The notes under the pieces were generated by a model that worked only from the letters and a program-made list of their open reading frames with translations, had not been told where the DNA came from and ran no database searches. Of a stretch of 64,000 bases of DNA, positions 30,467-39,371 are shown one piece after another (positions within the stretch are counted from its first letter, which is position 1; each line of letters opens with the position of its first letter). The position numbers and the translations under genes are program-made. Source of the DNA: an uncultured Brevinematales bacterium (GTDB lineage: Bacteria > Spirochaetota > Brevinematia > Brevinematales > CAYRWR01); assembly GCA_964537555.1 (NCBI GenBank), contig CAZIAD010000003.1:3921-67920 (forward strand). The letters are read 5' to 3'.

Positions 30467-31158
30467 ATATACTGGGCCTGGATACTTCCTCCCCACAGGA
30501 TACTGCCATCGGAATCTATGTCAGCCCGGATGAACACCTCTGTGTGTCCCTTCATCTCAAGAGAAGCCAGGAATCCAAGCTCCTGGCCACCATAGATAAT
30601 GCACTGGAAAGCCTGCAGCTGAGCTTACAGGACATCGACCTGATCGCAGTAGGGCTGGGTCCCGGATCCTTTACCGGACTGCGTATAGGCATATCCACGG
30701 CCCGGGCCCTGGCCTGGAGCAGAAATATTCCCCTCATAGGCATACCCTCCCTGGACCTCCTGGCCGCAGGGCATCCCTCCTATGCGGACCCGGATCATCT
30801 TATCGTGGCCTGCGTGGATGCCCATATGCAGAAAGTGTTCAGCCGGATCTATAAAGGGGGAAAAGCCCTCTCCGAACCCCAGGATATCAGCCCCCAGGCC
30901 CTCACTGAGGCCCTGCAGGCCCGTACAGAGGCCCATATCAGCATTATGGGTAATGGTCTCCGTAAATACCCTGCACTAGCCGCTCTGGAAGGGAAAACTG
31001 TAAATGCCCTGCCTCAGGCCTGTATAGACGGCATCAGCCTGTGCCTTCAGGCCCGGGCCCTCTATGACCCGGAGCATATCCCTCCCCTGGATGAGGTGCA
31101 TCCCCTGTACCTGCGCAAAAGTGAAGCAGAAAAAAGCCTGGAGGCCAGACAGAAATGA
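30463..31158 (+). CDS. tsaB: tRNA t6A biosynthesis protein TsaB (YeaZ)
   Basis: ILGLDTSS, GPGSFTGLRIGISTARALA and PLIGIPSLD. Overlaps the rsmD stop. Confidence 0.85.
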   Translation: MNILGLDTSSPQDTAIGIYVSPDEHLCVSLHLKRSQESKLLATIDNALESLQLSLQDIDLIAVGLGPGSFTGLRIGISTARALAWSRNIPLIGIPSLDLLAAGHPSYADPDHLIVACVDAHMQKVFSRIYKGGKALSEPQDISPQALTEALQARTEAHISIMGNGLRKYPALAALEGKTVNALPQACIDGISLCLQARALYDPEHIPPLDEVHPLYLRKSEAEKSLEARQK

Positions 31159-31640
31159 TGATTGAACTGGGAAAACCGAAACACCTGGCTGAGATACTGG
31201 CCCTGCAGAAAGTGGCCTTTTATGACCAGGGAAAGCTCTATGATGACTATACTATACGTCCTCTGCTCACTACCCTGGAGGAGATCAGTGCCAGCTATGA
31301 CGACTATCTCTACCTCATTATCAAGGAAAAAGGACAGATCCTGGGTTCAGCCCGGGCCCGGATAGCCGGAAAGACCTGCCATATAGAAAATGTGATCGTC
31401 CATCCCGCCCACCAGGGTGAAGGCCTGGGGACCCTGCTTATGCAGGCCCTGGAACATGAATTCCCGGACATGGAGCGATTCGAGCTCTTTACCGGAAAGA
31501 AGAGCTTTAAGGCCCTGAAGTTCTACGAAAAGCTGGGCTATCGGACTTTTAAGGAGCTGCCCGCGGCTGGCCACGAGCCCGACCTGGTATATATGGAGAA
31601 ACTCCAGAGCCAGGACCAGCCTCAGTCTGAGGAAGCATGA
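31155..31640 (+). CDS. GNAT-family N-acetyltransferase (RimI-like by context)
   Basis: The acetyl-CoA motif VHPAHQGEGLGTLLM, and the position directly after tsaB, are typical for rimI. Confidence 0.7.
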   Translation: MMIELGKPKHLAEILALQKVAFYDQGKLYDDYTIRPLLTTLEEISASYDDYLYLIIKEKGQILGSARARIAGKTCHIENVIVHPAHQGEGLGTLLMQALEHEFPDMERFELFTGKKSFKALKFYEKLGYRTFKELPAAGHEPDLVYMEKLQSQDQPQSEEA

Positions 31641-31917
31641 TAAGCTGTCCTCAGAGACTGTCTCGCTAAGGGGCCGGAGGCCTTCCTGTTAAGGACTGGA
31701 CAGGCTCTAAATCCTGGTCTGCCATCTATAGCTGGAGCCAGGCATCTATAGATGCCCTCGCTGTGTGAGGCAGCAGGGGATACTGCCCGTCCGGCCTATT
31801 CCCGGACCACAGGTCTCATTCTGCCTGGACGGGGTATTACAGGTGCCAGGATCTCACCTTAACTCTGGCACCCCGTCTCAGAAAAATATTTTCAGGGAAG
31901 CCTCTCCCCGCTCTTTA

Positions 31918-33132
31918 TTATTTTCCCGACCTCAAAAGCTGGAGTAATTTCGACTGCCTGAAGGTAGGATTAAGAGTGGCATGGTCATAGGCTGTCCTGC
32001 CGGACTTATCCTTCAGGCTAATATCTGCCCCCTTTTCCAGAAAATAACGGACGATAGCCTCATCATGATTGAGGGCACAGGCCAGCATGAGAGGCGTCAT
32101 ACCCTCCACAGTCTGCCGGTCTATGCCCGCTCCCCGGCTCATCAGAAGATCCAGAATACTGCGGTCATAGCGCTGCAGGGCTGCCTTATGCAGGACCGTC
32201 TCGCCCAGCCGGTTTTTCAGGCTGATGTCCGCTCCCTTATCCAGATAGAAGCGGATCACTTCCAGGCTGTACTGATTCTGAGCACACAGGATGAGAGGCG
32301 TATTGCCATTATAATCCCGGTCGTCGATATCCTTGTAAATATCATACAGGTAGCTATGCACAGGCAGGGACGTGTTATAGATGGCGGCATAATGGGTGGC
32401 ACTCTTTCCCAGCTGATCACGGTCCCATATCCTGATCCCCGCCTCCTGCAGCATCTTCAGGATACCGGGGTCGGGGTTAAAGCCCGCGGCCAGGACAAAG
32501 GCATTGGCATGTTCTGCATTCTGTACCTGTATGTCACTGCTGTTGTCGATGAGGGACTGCATGATGTAGCGGTTGGTATTGCCCCGGGCCGCCATGAGCA
32601 GGGGGCTCATACCGTTAGTAGACCGGTCATTAAAGTCTCCCCCCTTGCCTACTATGAAATTGTAGACCTCCCAGCGGGGATGGTAGGCACAGGCCAGCAT
32701 AAAGAGGCTGATCTTGTCGGGGAGGCGCTTTTTGAAATTAGCTCCGTACTCGTACAGGGCCCGGATGATAGGCAGAGGGGCCTGGTACTGCAGAGCGTAA
32801 TGAGCAGCCGCATAGCCGTACATATCGCTGAGATCAGGCTGGGCCCCCAGCTCCAGGAGCCGGATGATGACCTGCACATTGGTGTTAGCCTGCACAGCCA
32901 GGTGGAGAGCAGTGAGCCCGCTCAGATTCTGCTGGTCTATGCGGGCCCCCGCATCTATCAGGACTTCCAGGACTTCGGGATCGGGGTTGTGAGCTGCCGC
33001 TGCCATGAGAGGGGTCTGGTCGTATTTGAGGACATGATTGACCATCTCTTTCATGCCTGCTTTGCGGATGGCACTGTACACCTCTTCATTACTCCCCTTA
33101 CGGCATAGCTCATAAAAGCTGTCTGCTGACAT
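31918..33132 (-). CDS. Ankyrin-repeat protein (about 11 repeats)
   Basis: Repeated TPLMxAAxxNxxxEVxxxLxxxGAxIxxxD units. A possible upstream non-canonical start at 33195 is discussed in the findings. Confidence 0.85.
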   Translation of the reverse strand: MSADSFYELCRKGSNEEVYSAIRKAGMKEMVNHVLKYDQTPLMAAAAHNPDPEVLEVLIDAGARIDQQNLSGLTALHLAVQANTNVQVIIRLLELGAQPDLSDMYGYAAAHYALQYQAPLPIIRALYEYGANFKKRLPDKISLFMLACAYHPRWEVYNFIVGKGGDFNDRSTNGMSPLLMAARGNTNRYIMQSLIDNSSDIQVQNAEHANAFVLAAGFNPDPGILKMLQEAGIRIWDRDQLGKSATHYAAIYNTSLPVHSYLYDIYKDIDDRDYNGNTPLILCAQNQYSLEVIRFYLDKGADISLKNRLGETVLHKAALQRYDRSILDLLMSRGAGIDRQTVEGMTPLMLACALNHDEAIVRYFLEKGADISLKDKSGRTAYDHATLNPTFRQSKLLQLLRSGK

Positions 33133-33261
33133 ACGCGTCGAATAAACAGTATTAAAGCTCAGTAATAGGATAAAAAGGGTTGCCAGCTGTCTCAGAATTC
33201 CCCTCCTGAATACCTATAGGATAAGGAAAGGCGGATTAAATCTCAAGGGAGAGAGGGAAAT

Positions 33262-33289
33262 AAAAAAGCACCCCTGCTGCCAGGGGTGC
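33262..33289 (-). terminator. Rho-independent terminator of flaA
   Basis: GCACCCCTG-CTGC-CAGGGGTGC. The A6 run on the plus strand is a U-run on the minus strand. Confidence 0.75.
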
Positions 33290-33316
33290 CTCCGAATATC
33301 TTATATTTAAAAAATC

Positions 33317-34267
33317 TTAGTTAGTGCCTTTTTGGGTGGGAGGCACAGCCAGGTCACGTTCCAGCTTAAGCCGGTACTCTTCCTGCTGATAGAGCAGGAG
33401 CTGTTCGGCCAGTTTCTTGTTTTCCACTTCCTGGGCTCTCTTGCCTTTATTGGCAATGATGCCCCAGACTTCTTCATCGGAGATATCATCTACTGACTCT
33501 CTGTCTACAATATAGGGAGTGTACTCTATGTCCATAGCTCCTATATAGGTCACAAAATCCCCGCCCCATTCACTACCCTGACGGTAGATGACGATAGAGT
33601 CAAATGTCAGAAAAGGGATATCCTTGGGATAAAGAGGTACCTTGGTGAGGCTCTTGGCGTAGATCTTGGAAGTAAAGTTCGGGTTGACCCAGACCAGCTT
33701 TCTCCAGCCTTCGTAGTAGAGATTTCCCATGAAGTACTCATGGACCACATCATTGCGGTCTTTGAGGCGGATAGCGATCTGGTTATTATAATTACGGCCG
33801 TTTACCCAGATGGACAGGCTGCGTATTTCCCAGGCATTGGGCATCACCCCGTTCTCATCATTGGCAAATTTTCCATTGTCGTCATAGACTTTGATGGGAA
33901 AAGGAGGATGGATGAGGGCATAGGAGTTATTATTCCAGTTAGGATAGTGGACCCTAACCCCCAGCACCGTGCCGAATCTCTGGGAGTCTACCGGTTTGGT
34001 ATAACTGAGTACCCGGTTTTCCAGGGATGCGGAGGATGCATTGAGGGATACTCTCCATTTCTCCAGGAGATAATCCCCGTAACCGATCACCGCCTTGGGA
34101 GAACCATCTATATTGGTGACATAGCTGGCTTCCGGATCGGGGAACTGGGCCTTTATCCTCTCATCGTATTTGGAAAAATCGATAAGAGTCCTCTTGATGA
34201 CGGCATGTCCGCTGGACAGCCCCATCATGATTAACAAACAGCTCACTAAGATATTCTTGCGATTCAT
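33317..34267 (-). CDS. flaA: Periplasmic-flagellum filament outer-layer (sheath) protein FlaA
   Basis: Signal peptide, then the RTLIDFSKY start, WRVSLNASSAS...VLGVRVHYPNWNNNSYALIHPPFPI, and the size all resemble spirochaete FlaA. Start set at ATG 34267, after AAAGGAG; the ORF track starts at TTG 34273. Confidence 0.75.
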   Translation of the reverse strand: MNRKNILVSCLLIMMGLSSGHAVIKRTLIDFSKYDERIKAQFPDPEASYVTNIDGSPKAVIGYGDYLLEKWRVSLNASSASLENRVLSYTKPVDSQRFGTVLGVRVHYPNWNNNSYALIHPPFPIKVYDDNGKFANDENGVMPNAWEIRSLSIWVNGRNYNNQIAIRLKDRNDVVHEYFMGNLYYEGWRKLVWVNPNFTSKIYAKSLTKVPLYPKDIPFLTFDSIVIYRQGSEWGGDFVTYIGAMDIEYTPYIVDRESVDDISDEEVWGIIANKGKRAQEVENKKLAEQLLLYQQEEYRLKLERDLAVPPTQKGTN

Positions 34268-34296
34268 GTACAACTCCTTTCAGGATGTTTCATGTT

Positions 34297-34327
34297 ATTA
34301 AAATCGGAAGAATATGAGATTCCCTTA
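34297..34327 (-). promoter_or_regulatory. Sigma-28 (FliA)-type promoter candidate for flaA
   Basis: The minus strand reads TAAG-N15-TCCGATTT, compared with consensus TAAA-N15-GCCGATAA. The motif ends about 30 nt before ATG 34267. Confidence 0.35.
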
Positions 34328-35077
34328 TATTTGAGAGGCTTTTTTTATATCTTGATCTACTGAGAGGGGGTTAAAAGAGGGAAATTCACAGATTTCAGCT
34401 AAAATACAATCCCGGCACCGGGCTTTACTCCTACAGGAGAGCTTGGCATGACGGACGATGAGGGCATGATATTCCTGAAACAGGAGGGGCTCAGGATCCA
34501 GCTCGTCATGAAAACGGGCCTGTATCTCTTCATAAGTACCGCCCTGAATCAGGCCCAGGCGGCTGAAAATGCGCCTGGTATAGGCATCTACCACGAATAC
34601 AGGCCGCCCCAGGGCATAGAGTAGAATGGAATCCGCAGTCTCCGGGCCTATGCCCCACACTGTGAGCAGAGACTGCCGGGCTACTTCCAGGCTCATGTCC
34701 TTCAGGACAGAGAGGTCAGCTTCAGGAAATGCCTCTAAAAAAGCTTTGATCTTACGGGCTTTTTGATGATGGGTGCCGGCTGAACGGATCTCCTGAGCCA
34801 GCTCATCCAGGCCCAGACTGAGCAGCCGGGATGGATCCCAGCCTCCCCGGGCGGCCAGGTTGTCCAATGCTTTTTCCACATTGGCCCAGGCTGTGTTCTG
34901 GGTGAGGAGAGCCCCCAGGGCTATCTCCCACTGATGCTCCGGGCTGCGGTGCAGAGGCCTGGGTACAGGCTCATAGACACTGGCACCCTGACGGAACAGG
35001 GGCCACCAGTACTGCCTGCCGTAACAGTCTGACAGGCGCTCATAGATGCCTGTGATACTTTTATCCCGGTGTGCCAT
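34325..35077 (-). CDS. Endonuclease III-like HhH-GPD base-excision repair protein
   Basis: HhH motif VWGIGPETADSILLYALG, catalytic-Asp region VVDAYTRR and a C-terminal four-Cys cluster CRSKARCRDCILAEIC. Confidence 0.75.
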   Translation of the reverse strand: MAHRDKSITGIYERLSDCYGRQYWWPLFRQGASVYEPVPRPLHRSPEHQWEIALGALLTQNTAWANVEKALDNLAARGGWDPSRLLSLGLDELAQEIRSAGTHHQKARKIKAFLEAFPEADLSVLKDMSLEVARQSLLTVWGIGPETADSILLYALGRPVFVVDAYTRRIFSRLGLIQGGTYEEIQARFHDELDPEPLLFQEYHALIVRHAKLSCRSKARCRDCILAEICEFPSFNPLSVDQDIKKASQI

Positions 35078-36098
35078 TTCCCGACATAAAGAGCAGGACC
35101 ATGCCTACCAGCCATACCACTAAGACCAGCACCGAAAACAGGGAAGGCCCTTTTTTCTTTAATTTTACGCGGGCGATGAGGTCTGTACCGATCAGGGCTG
35201 TGACCAGCAGGACCATCACCACCAGGAGCATATTGCTGGGGTTGGCATCTTTCCAGAAATTTCCCTTGTAGAACAGGGCTGAAATGGGGATGATGAATAT
35301 ATTAAAGATATTGGAACCGAAAATGTTGCCCACTGCCATCTGGACATTTCCCATACGGGCGGCCGTAAAAGTGACCGACAATTCGGGGAGAGAGGTGGCA
35401 ATAGACAGCATCAGGGCGCCCACAAAAGTCTGGCCCAGCACGACCTGGGAATGAGGCAATATCATGGGGGTAATGGCTATCATGTCGGCTGTCTTGGTCA
35501 TCCATATAGCCGCGCCGATGATGAGCAGAGAAAAGAGGCTGAACTTCAGGCCCACATGTTTTTCATCGTGGATCTCTTTTTCCTCTCCCCCTTCATCGAG
35601 GCCGCCGGTCCTGAAGGTCACGAATACTATCATAAAGTAGAACACGACCAGCAAAGCGGAAGCAGCAATGGACATCCAGGCCTGGGTAAAGAAGGGTGCA
35701 CCCATCAGAAAGGTGGCTACCACACCCAGGAGAAAGAGGCCGGCATAACCGGTAATGAGCTCTTCCATATTCATCTTGAGCAGGGCCTCCCGGCTGATCA
35801 GGAAAAGCAGTCCCAGGATCACAATATTAAAAGCATTGGAGCCGATAGTGTTGGAGATCACCAGGTCTACCGATCCTACTATAGCAGTAGAAGAAATACC
35901 CGTCATCAGCTCCGGCAGGGAAGTGATAGAAGCCAGTAAAATAAAGCCTATCCATCCATGAGAAAAATTGGTACGGTCCGCAATGACATCGCCAAAGTGA
36001 GCCAGCTTACTCCCCGCCAGCAGTACCAAAGCGGCTGCCAATAAAAATTCCAGGACAAATAACCAGAAATGCGTCACTCCCGCTAAAGCTAAAAACAT
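35061..36098 (-). CDS. Ca2+/cation antiporter (CaCA / YrbG-like sodium-calcium exchanger family)
   Basis: About 10 TM helices with two alpha-repeats, SLPELMTGISS...GSNAFNIVILG and SLPELSVTFTAA...GNIFGSNIFNIF. Confidence 0.8.
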   Translation of the reverse strand: MFLALAGVTHFWLFVLEFLLAAALVLLAGSKLAHFGDVIADRTNFSHGWIGFILLASITSLPELMTGISSTAIVGSVDLVISNTIGSNAFNIVILGLLFLISREALLKMNMEELITGYAGLFLLGVVATFLMGAPFFTQAWMSIAASALLVVFYFMIVFVTFRTGGLDEGGEEKEIHDEKHVGLKFSLFSLLIIGAAIWMTKTADMIAITPMILPHSQVVLGQTFVGALMLSIATSLPELSVTFTAARMGNVQMAVGNIFGSNIFNIFIIPISALFYKGNFWKDANPSNMLLVVMVLLVTALIGTDLIARVKLKKKGPSLFSVLVLVVWLVGMVLLFMSGNGTPG

Positions 36099-36170
36099 AT
36101 CGATATCCTTAAAATAGTATTATAGTATTTTATGCTACTGCCGGGGAAATCACAAAATTTTCATGATGAT

Positions 36171-36932
36171 CTACATATAATCACGGATATCCAGCAGGGC
36201 TCCGCTTTCAAAATCCTGTTCCACAAAATTATTGACTATACGCCCTGCTACTGCTGCGGGTTTCATCAGGGCCCCAGTCTCAAAGTACTCAATAAACTGG
36301 TCTAAAAGAGGAAAGTCCTTTTTCTGACTGGACCGAATCGCTTCCTGCATGCGGGTATCTATGATACCGGGAGCCAGAGACACGATTTTGCAGCCGGGGT
36401 CAGATTCCATCAGTTCCATTCCGGCCACCTGGCTGTACCTGTCCATTCCTGCTTTGGCAGCGCAGTATGCAGACCAGCCCTGATAGGGCTTACGGCCTGC
36501 CCCCGATGAAATATTGATGATGCGACGGTCCTCTGACCGGCCCCGGGTCAGGCGGATAAATACCGCGCTCATAATCAGGGGTGCGATCAGATTGACCTGC
36601 ATGTTAACAGCCAGCTCTGAAGGGGCACTCTCTGCCAGGGGGCAGATAGGATCCAGAACCGCGGCATTATTTATGAGTATGATCTGCTCCCAGCCTGTAT
36701 CCGGGACTTCTGAAAATATACTCTCTAATGCCGGTTCCAGCCTGGAATCCTCTTTGAGATCGATCTCCAGGTATTTATAGCTGATATCCCGGGCAGAATT
36801 CCAGCTTTCCAGGTCGGCATTATTGTGCCGGGATATTCCATAGACTATAAAATCATTTTTTAAAAGCTCCAGGGCCAGGCTGGCCCCCAGTCCGCGCGAC
36901 ACGCCCGTCACTATAGCCAGTTTTCTCTTCAT
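36171..36932 (-). CDS. Short-chain dehydrogenase/reductase (sepiapterin/benzil-reductase-like)
   Basis: Cofactor motif VTGVSRGLG, NNAA, and catalytic YCAAKAG. Confidence 0.85.
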   Translation of the reverse strand: MKRKLAIVTGVSRGLGASLALELLKNDFIVYGISRHNNADLESWNSARDISYKYLEIDLKEDSRLEPALESIFSEVPDTGWEQIILINNAAVLDPICPLAESAPSELAVNMQVNLIAPLIMSAVFIRLTRGRSEDRRIINISSGAGRKPYQGWSAYCAAKAGMDRYSQVAGMELMESDPGCKIVSLAPGIIDTRMQEAIRSSQKKDFPLLDQFIEYFETGALMKPAAVAGRIVNNFVEQDFESGALLDIRDYM

Positions 36933-36949
36933 TAATATGCCTTTAGCTT

Positions 36950-37984
36950 CTATTCATTGAGGCCCATGACTTCATTGGTATAAGTCAGGCCCATGGTGAA
37001 ATAGTCCGCCTTATCCATAAAGCGCAGGCCGTCCAGAAAGACTTTCAACAGAGGAGCTTCATTTTTAAGGTCAAACTCCATGTATATTTCCATACGGTCG
37101 TTTTGCCTGATGACATATTTCGGGCCTTTTTCTTTCATGGTAGTCTTCACTACCTTATGCCTGAGCTTGCTTCCATTCTCTTCCAGCCATATTTTATCCA
37201 GGTCTAAGGTCAGCTCATCTGCTTTTTTATTAATGATCCTCACGAATAAAGTAGCTTCTTTCTTAATCCGGTATAAGGAGACCTTCATAATGACTCCATC
37301 CAGAAAAAACTCCTGGCCACTGATGTTTATAGTATGTCTCATCTCCGGCATGTGGGGATCACTTTCGTTACCATGCATATGGGGCATATTGAGGGGGATA
37401 TTGTCTTTCATGTTTTTTTCGAGCATAGCGTATACCTGAGGGATCTCAGGCTCATAGAGCTTGTACATACCTAAATAAGGCTCGATAGCTTTTTTATTGA
37501 GATAATTCCGGTACTTGTTTATAGGCATCTCCAGCTTAATGTAATTACTGGATAAGGACTGATTTTCTGAATCCTGAATGAAATCAAGACTGAGCTCATA
37601 CACTCTCTCCATATCTCCGTTCCAGCCTGCCCTCTGATGAAGCCAGGTGGAATTGATGGGCACAAAACTGAATATTACCTGGCCCTGGTCTCCCGGTAAT
37701 ACAAAGTCGGAACCTTCTATAGTGGAAGGGTTCACCGAATACCCTTCAGGTGATCTCAGCTGGGCCACTTCCCGCATCAGTATGATCCCGTTGGATGAAC
37801 CGTTTTTAATTGTTGCCTTTACTTTCATCTCACCGCTCTGAGGATCTGCATCCGCAGTTGCATTGACAATGATACCCCCCGGGATGCGCACTTCCTGCTG
37901 CGCCTCATACTTCATGGAAGGGGCACAGGATATAAGAATAAATACTGTAATACCTAGTATAATACCTGATTGAAATGCTTTCAT
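36950..37984 (-). CDS. Hypothetical lipoprotein
   Basis: Signal peptide with lipobox (ILISC). No motif recognised. Confidence 0.5.
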   Translation of the reverse strand: MKAFQSGIILGITVFILISCAPSMKYEAQQEVRIPGGIIVNATADADPQSGEMKVKATIKNGSSNGIILMREVAQLRSPEGYSVNPSTIEGSDFVLPGDQGQVIFSFVPINSTWLHQRAGWNGDMERVYELSLDFIQDSENQSLSSNYIKLEMPINKYRNYLNKKAIEPYLGMYKLYEPEIPQVYAMLEKNMKDNIPLNMPHMHGNESDPHMPEMRHTINISGQEFFLDGVIMKVSLYRIKKEATLFVRIINKKADELTLDLDKIWLEENGSKLRHKVVKTTMKEKGPKYVIRQNDRMEIYMEFDLKNEAPLLKVFLDGLRFMDKADYFTMGLTYTNEVMGLNE

Positions 37985-38035
37985 ATCTCTCTCCTTGATC
38001 TTTCATATTATTATAACTGATTGAGTGAAATCTGC

Positions 38036-38058
38036 AAAAAAACCCCGCCATAGCGGGG
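38036..38058 (-). terminator. Rho-independent terminator of the amylase gene
   Basis: CCCCGC-CATA-GCGGGG. The A7 run on the plus strand is a U-run on the minus strand. Confidence 0.7.
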
Positions 38059-38081
38059 CATTTCAGAAAAAATGCTGCCTC

Positions 38082-39371
38082 TTAGTAGCGGGAATAGACG
38101 GAATAACCATGGGGAGGAGCCCATAACTGTACTTCACCCCGGGAATCAGACACGACATCTTTGGCATATTCGGCAAAATCATGCAGCCTGGTACTCTTGT
38201 ACTTAGACTTGATGAGGCGGGACTTCCACTGAGCAGAATTATTGATATATATGATCAGGCCGGGGTCACCATTTCTTTGTGCGATATATTCATCATTATC
38301 CACAAATAAAATACTGGTACTGCCTTTTGCCTTTTTCTCATGGATGCTGATCAGCTTGTTGAGGGCATTTTTATCCATGGTCTCCTCATAATCCCGGTAA
38401 AAAATACAGGGATAGCCCTGATGAGTCAGGATATAGGCATAAGCCAGATGTTTATTGAAGATCTCATCACTATCATGATTGGCCACAAAAGTGACTGCAT
38501 TATTGGGCCGGATACTGACCAGTCCGGCATCCACCAGGTGCATCAGATTATTTCCATCAAAGGCATTATCCATAGCATAATAGAGAGGGAAATCAAAAAG
38601 AGATACTTTTCCGCCAGCCTTGTCTATCCAGCTGTTCAGAGTCCACTTATTACTGTCCCAGTACTCCCCCACAGCATTGCCTCCGGCATATAACAGCCAG
38701 TCTTTAACTACCCAGGCCCCATATTTATCTACGGCCTGGAATCTCCATCCGTCGTAACCTATGGTGTTTTTCATCCATTGGGCATAGGAGTCGCTCTTCT
38801 TCCATAGCCAGTCCTGGACCCGGGGCTGCTCATGGCAGACATCGGTCTGTTCATATCCTGAGACTTTACCTTCATCCTGGGAATGTAGCAGATTAGGATG
38901 AAAATCCATGGCTGTGCGGGGAAACTTGCCTGAGGCCGGTTCAAATTTAGTCCAGGTGTTTTTTGCCGCGACCTGATTATATTCCAGATCGCCCCCGCTG
39001 TTATGATTGATGACAATATCCGCAAAAACTTTTATGCCTGCCTGATGAGCCTTATGGATAAGAGACTTTAATTCTGATTCTGATCCGAATCGGGTCTCTA
39101 TGGAGCCCAACTGATCATATTTACCCTGATCAAAATAATCATAGGGATTATAACCCATTGACCTGGCTCCGCCCTGGCTTTTCTGGGAAGGGGGCAGCCA
39201 GATATCAGTAATGCCTTTTTCAGCCCAGGGGCCCACTTTTTGAGACAAGGTATCCCACCAGGTCCCTCCCATAGGGACATCCCAGTAAAATGCCTGCATC
39301 ATTACTCCGGCAGATGCCCGGCCCACTAGCAAGAAAAGCATTAAAAACAGCATTATTGATTTATTTCGCAT
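38082..39371 (-). CDS. Secreted alpha-amylase (GH13)
   Basis: GH13 regions FADIVINHN, GWRFQAVDKY, GEYWD and FVANHD. Start set at ATG 39371, after GGAGG, giving signal peptide MRNKSIMLFLMLFLLVGRASA. Confidence 0.85.
   Translation of the reverse strand: MRNKSIMLFLMLFLLVGRASAGVMMQAFYWDVPMGGTWWDTLSQKVGPWAEKGITDIWLPPSQKSQGGARSMGYNPYDYFDQGKYDQLGSIETRFGSESELKSLIHKAHQAGIKVFADIVINHNSGGDLEYNQVAAKNTWTKFEPASGKFPRTAMDFHPNLLHSQDEGKVSGYEQTDVCHEQPRVQDWLWKKSDSYAQWMKNTIGYDGWRFQAVDKYGAWVVKDWLLYAGGNAVGEYWDSNKWTLNSWIDKAGGKVSLFDFPLYYAMDNAFDGNNLMHLVDAGLVSIRPNNAVTFVANHDSDEIFNKHLAYAYILTHQGYPCIFYRDYEETMDKNALNKLISIHEKKAKGSTSILFVDNDEYIAQRNGDPGLIIYINNSAQWKSRLIKSKYKSTRLHDFAEYAKDVVSDSRGEVQLWAPPHGYSVYSRY

Noticed and set aside
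31641-31917. Possible identity of the structured spacer as SRP/4.5S RNA, tmRNA, RNase P RNA or a tRNA
   Set aside because: I could not find the diagnostic elements on either strand. These would be the SRP GGAA-tetraloop helix-8 motif, a tmRNA acceptor end or tag ORF, RNase P GAGGAAAGUCC, or a tRNA T-loop GTTCGAATC. Only a vague GGUCCGG resemblance was seen, so it stays a generic structured-RNA candidate.
31981-33108. 375-aa ORF on the plus strand
   Set aside because: It is antisense to the ankyrin-repeat gene. The minus-strand product shows regular ankyrin units, whereas this frame gives no recognisable domain. Long shadow ORFs are expected opposite repetitive genes.
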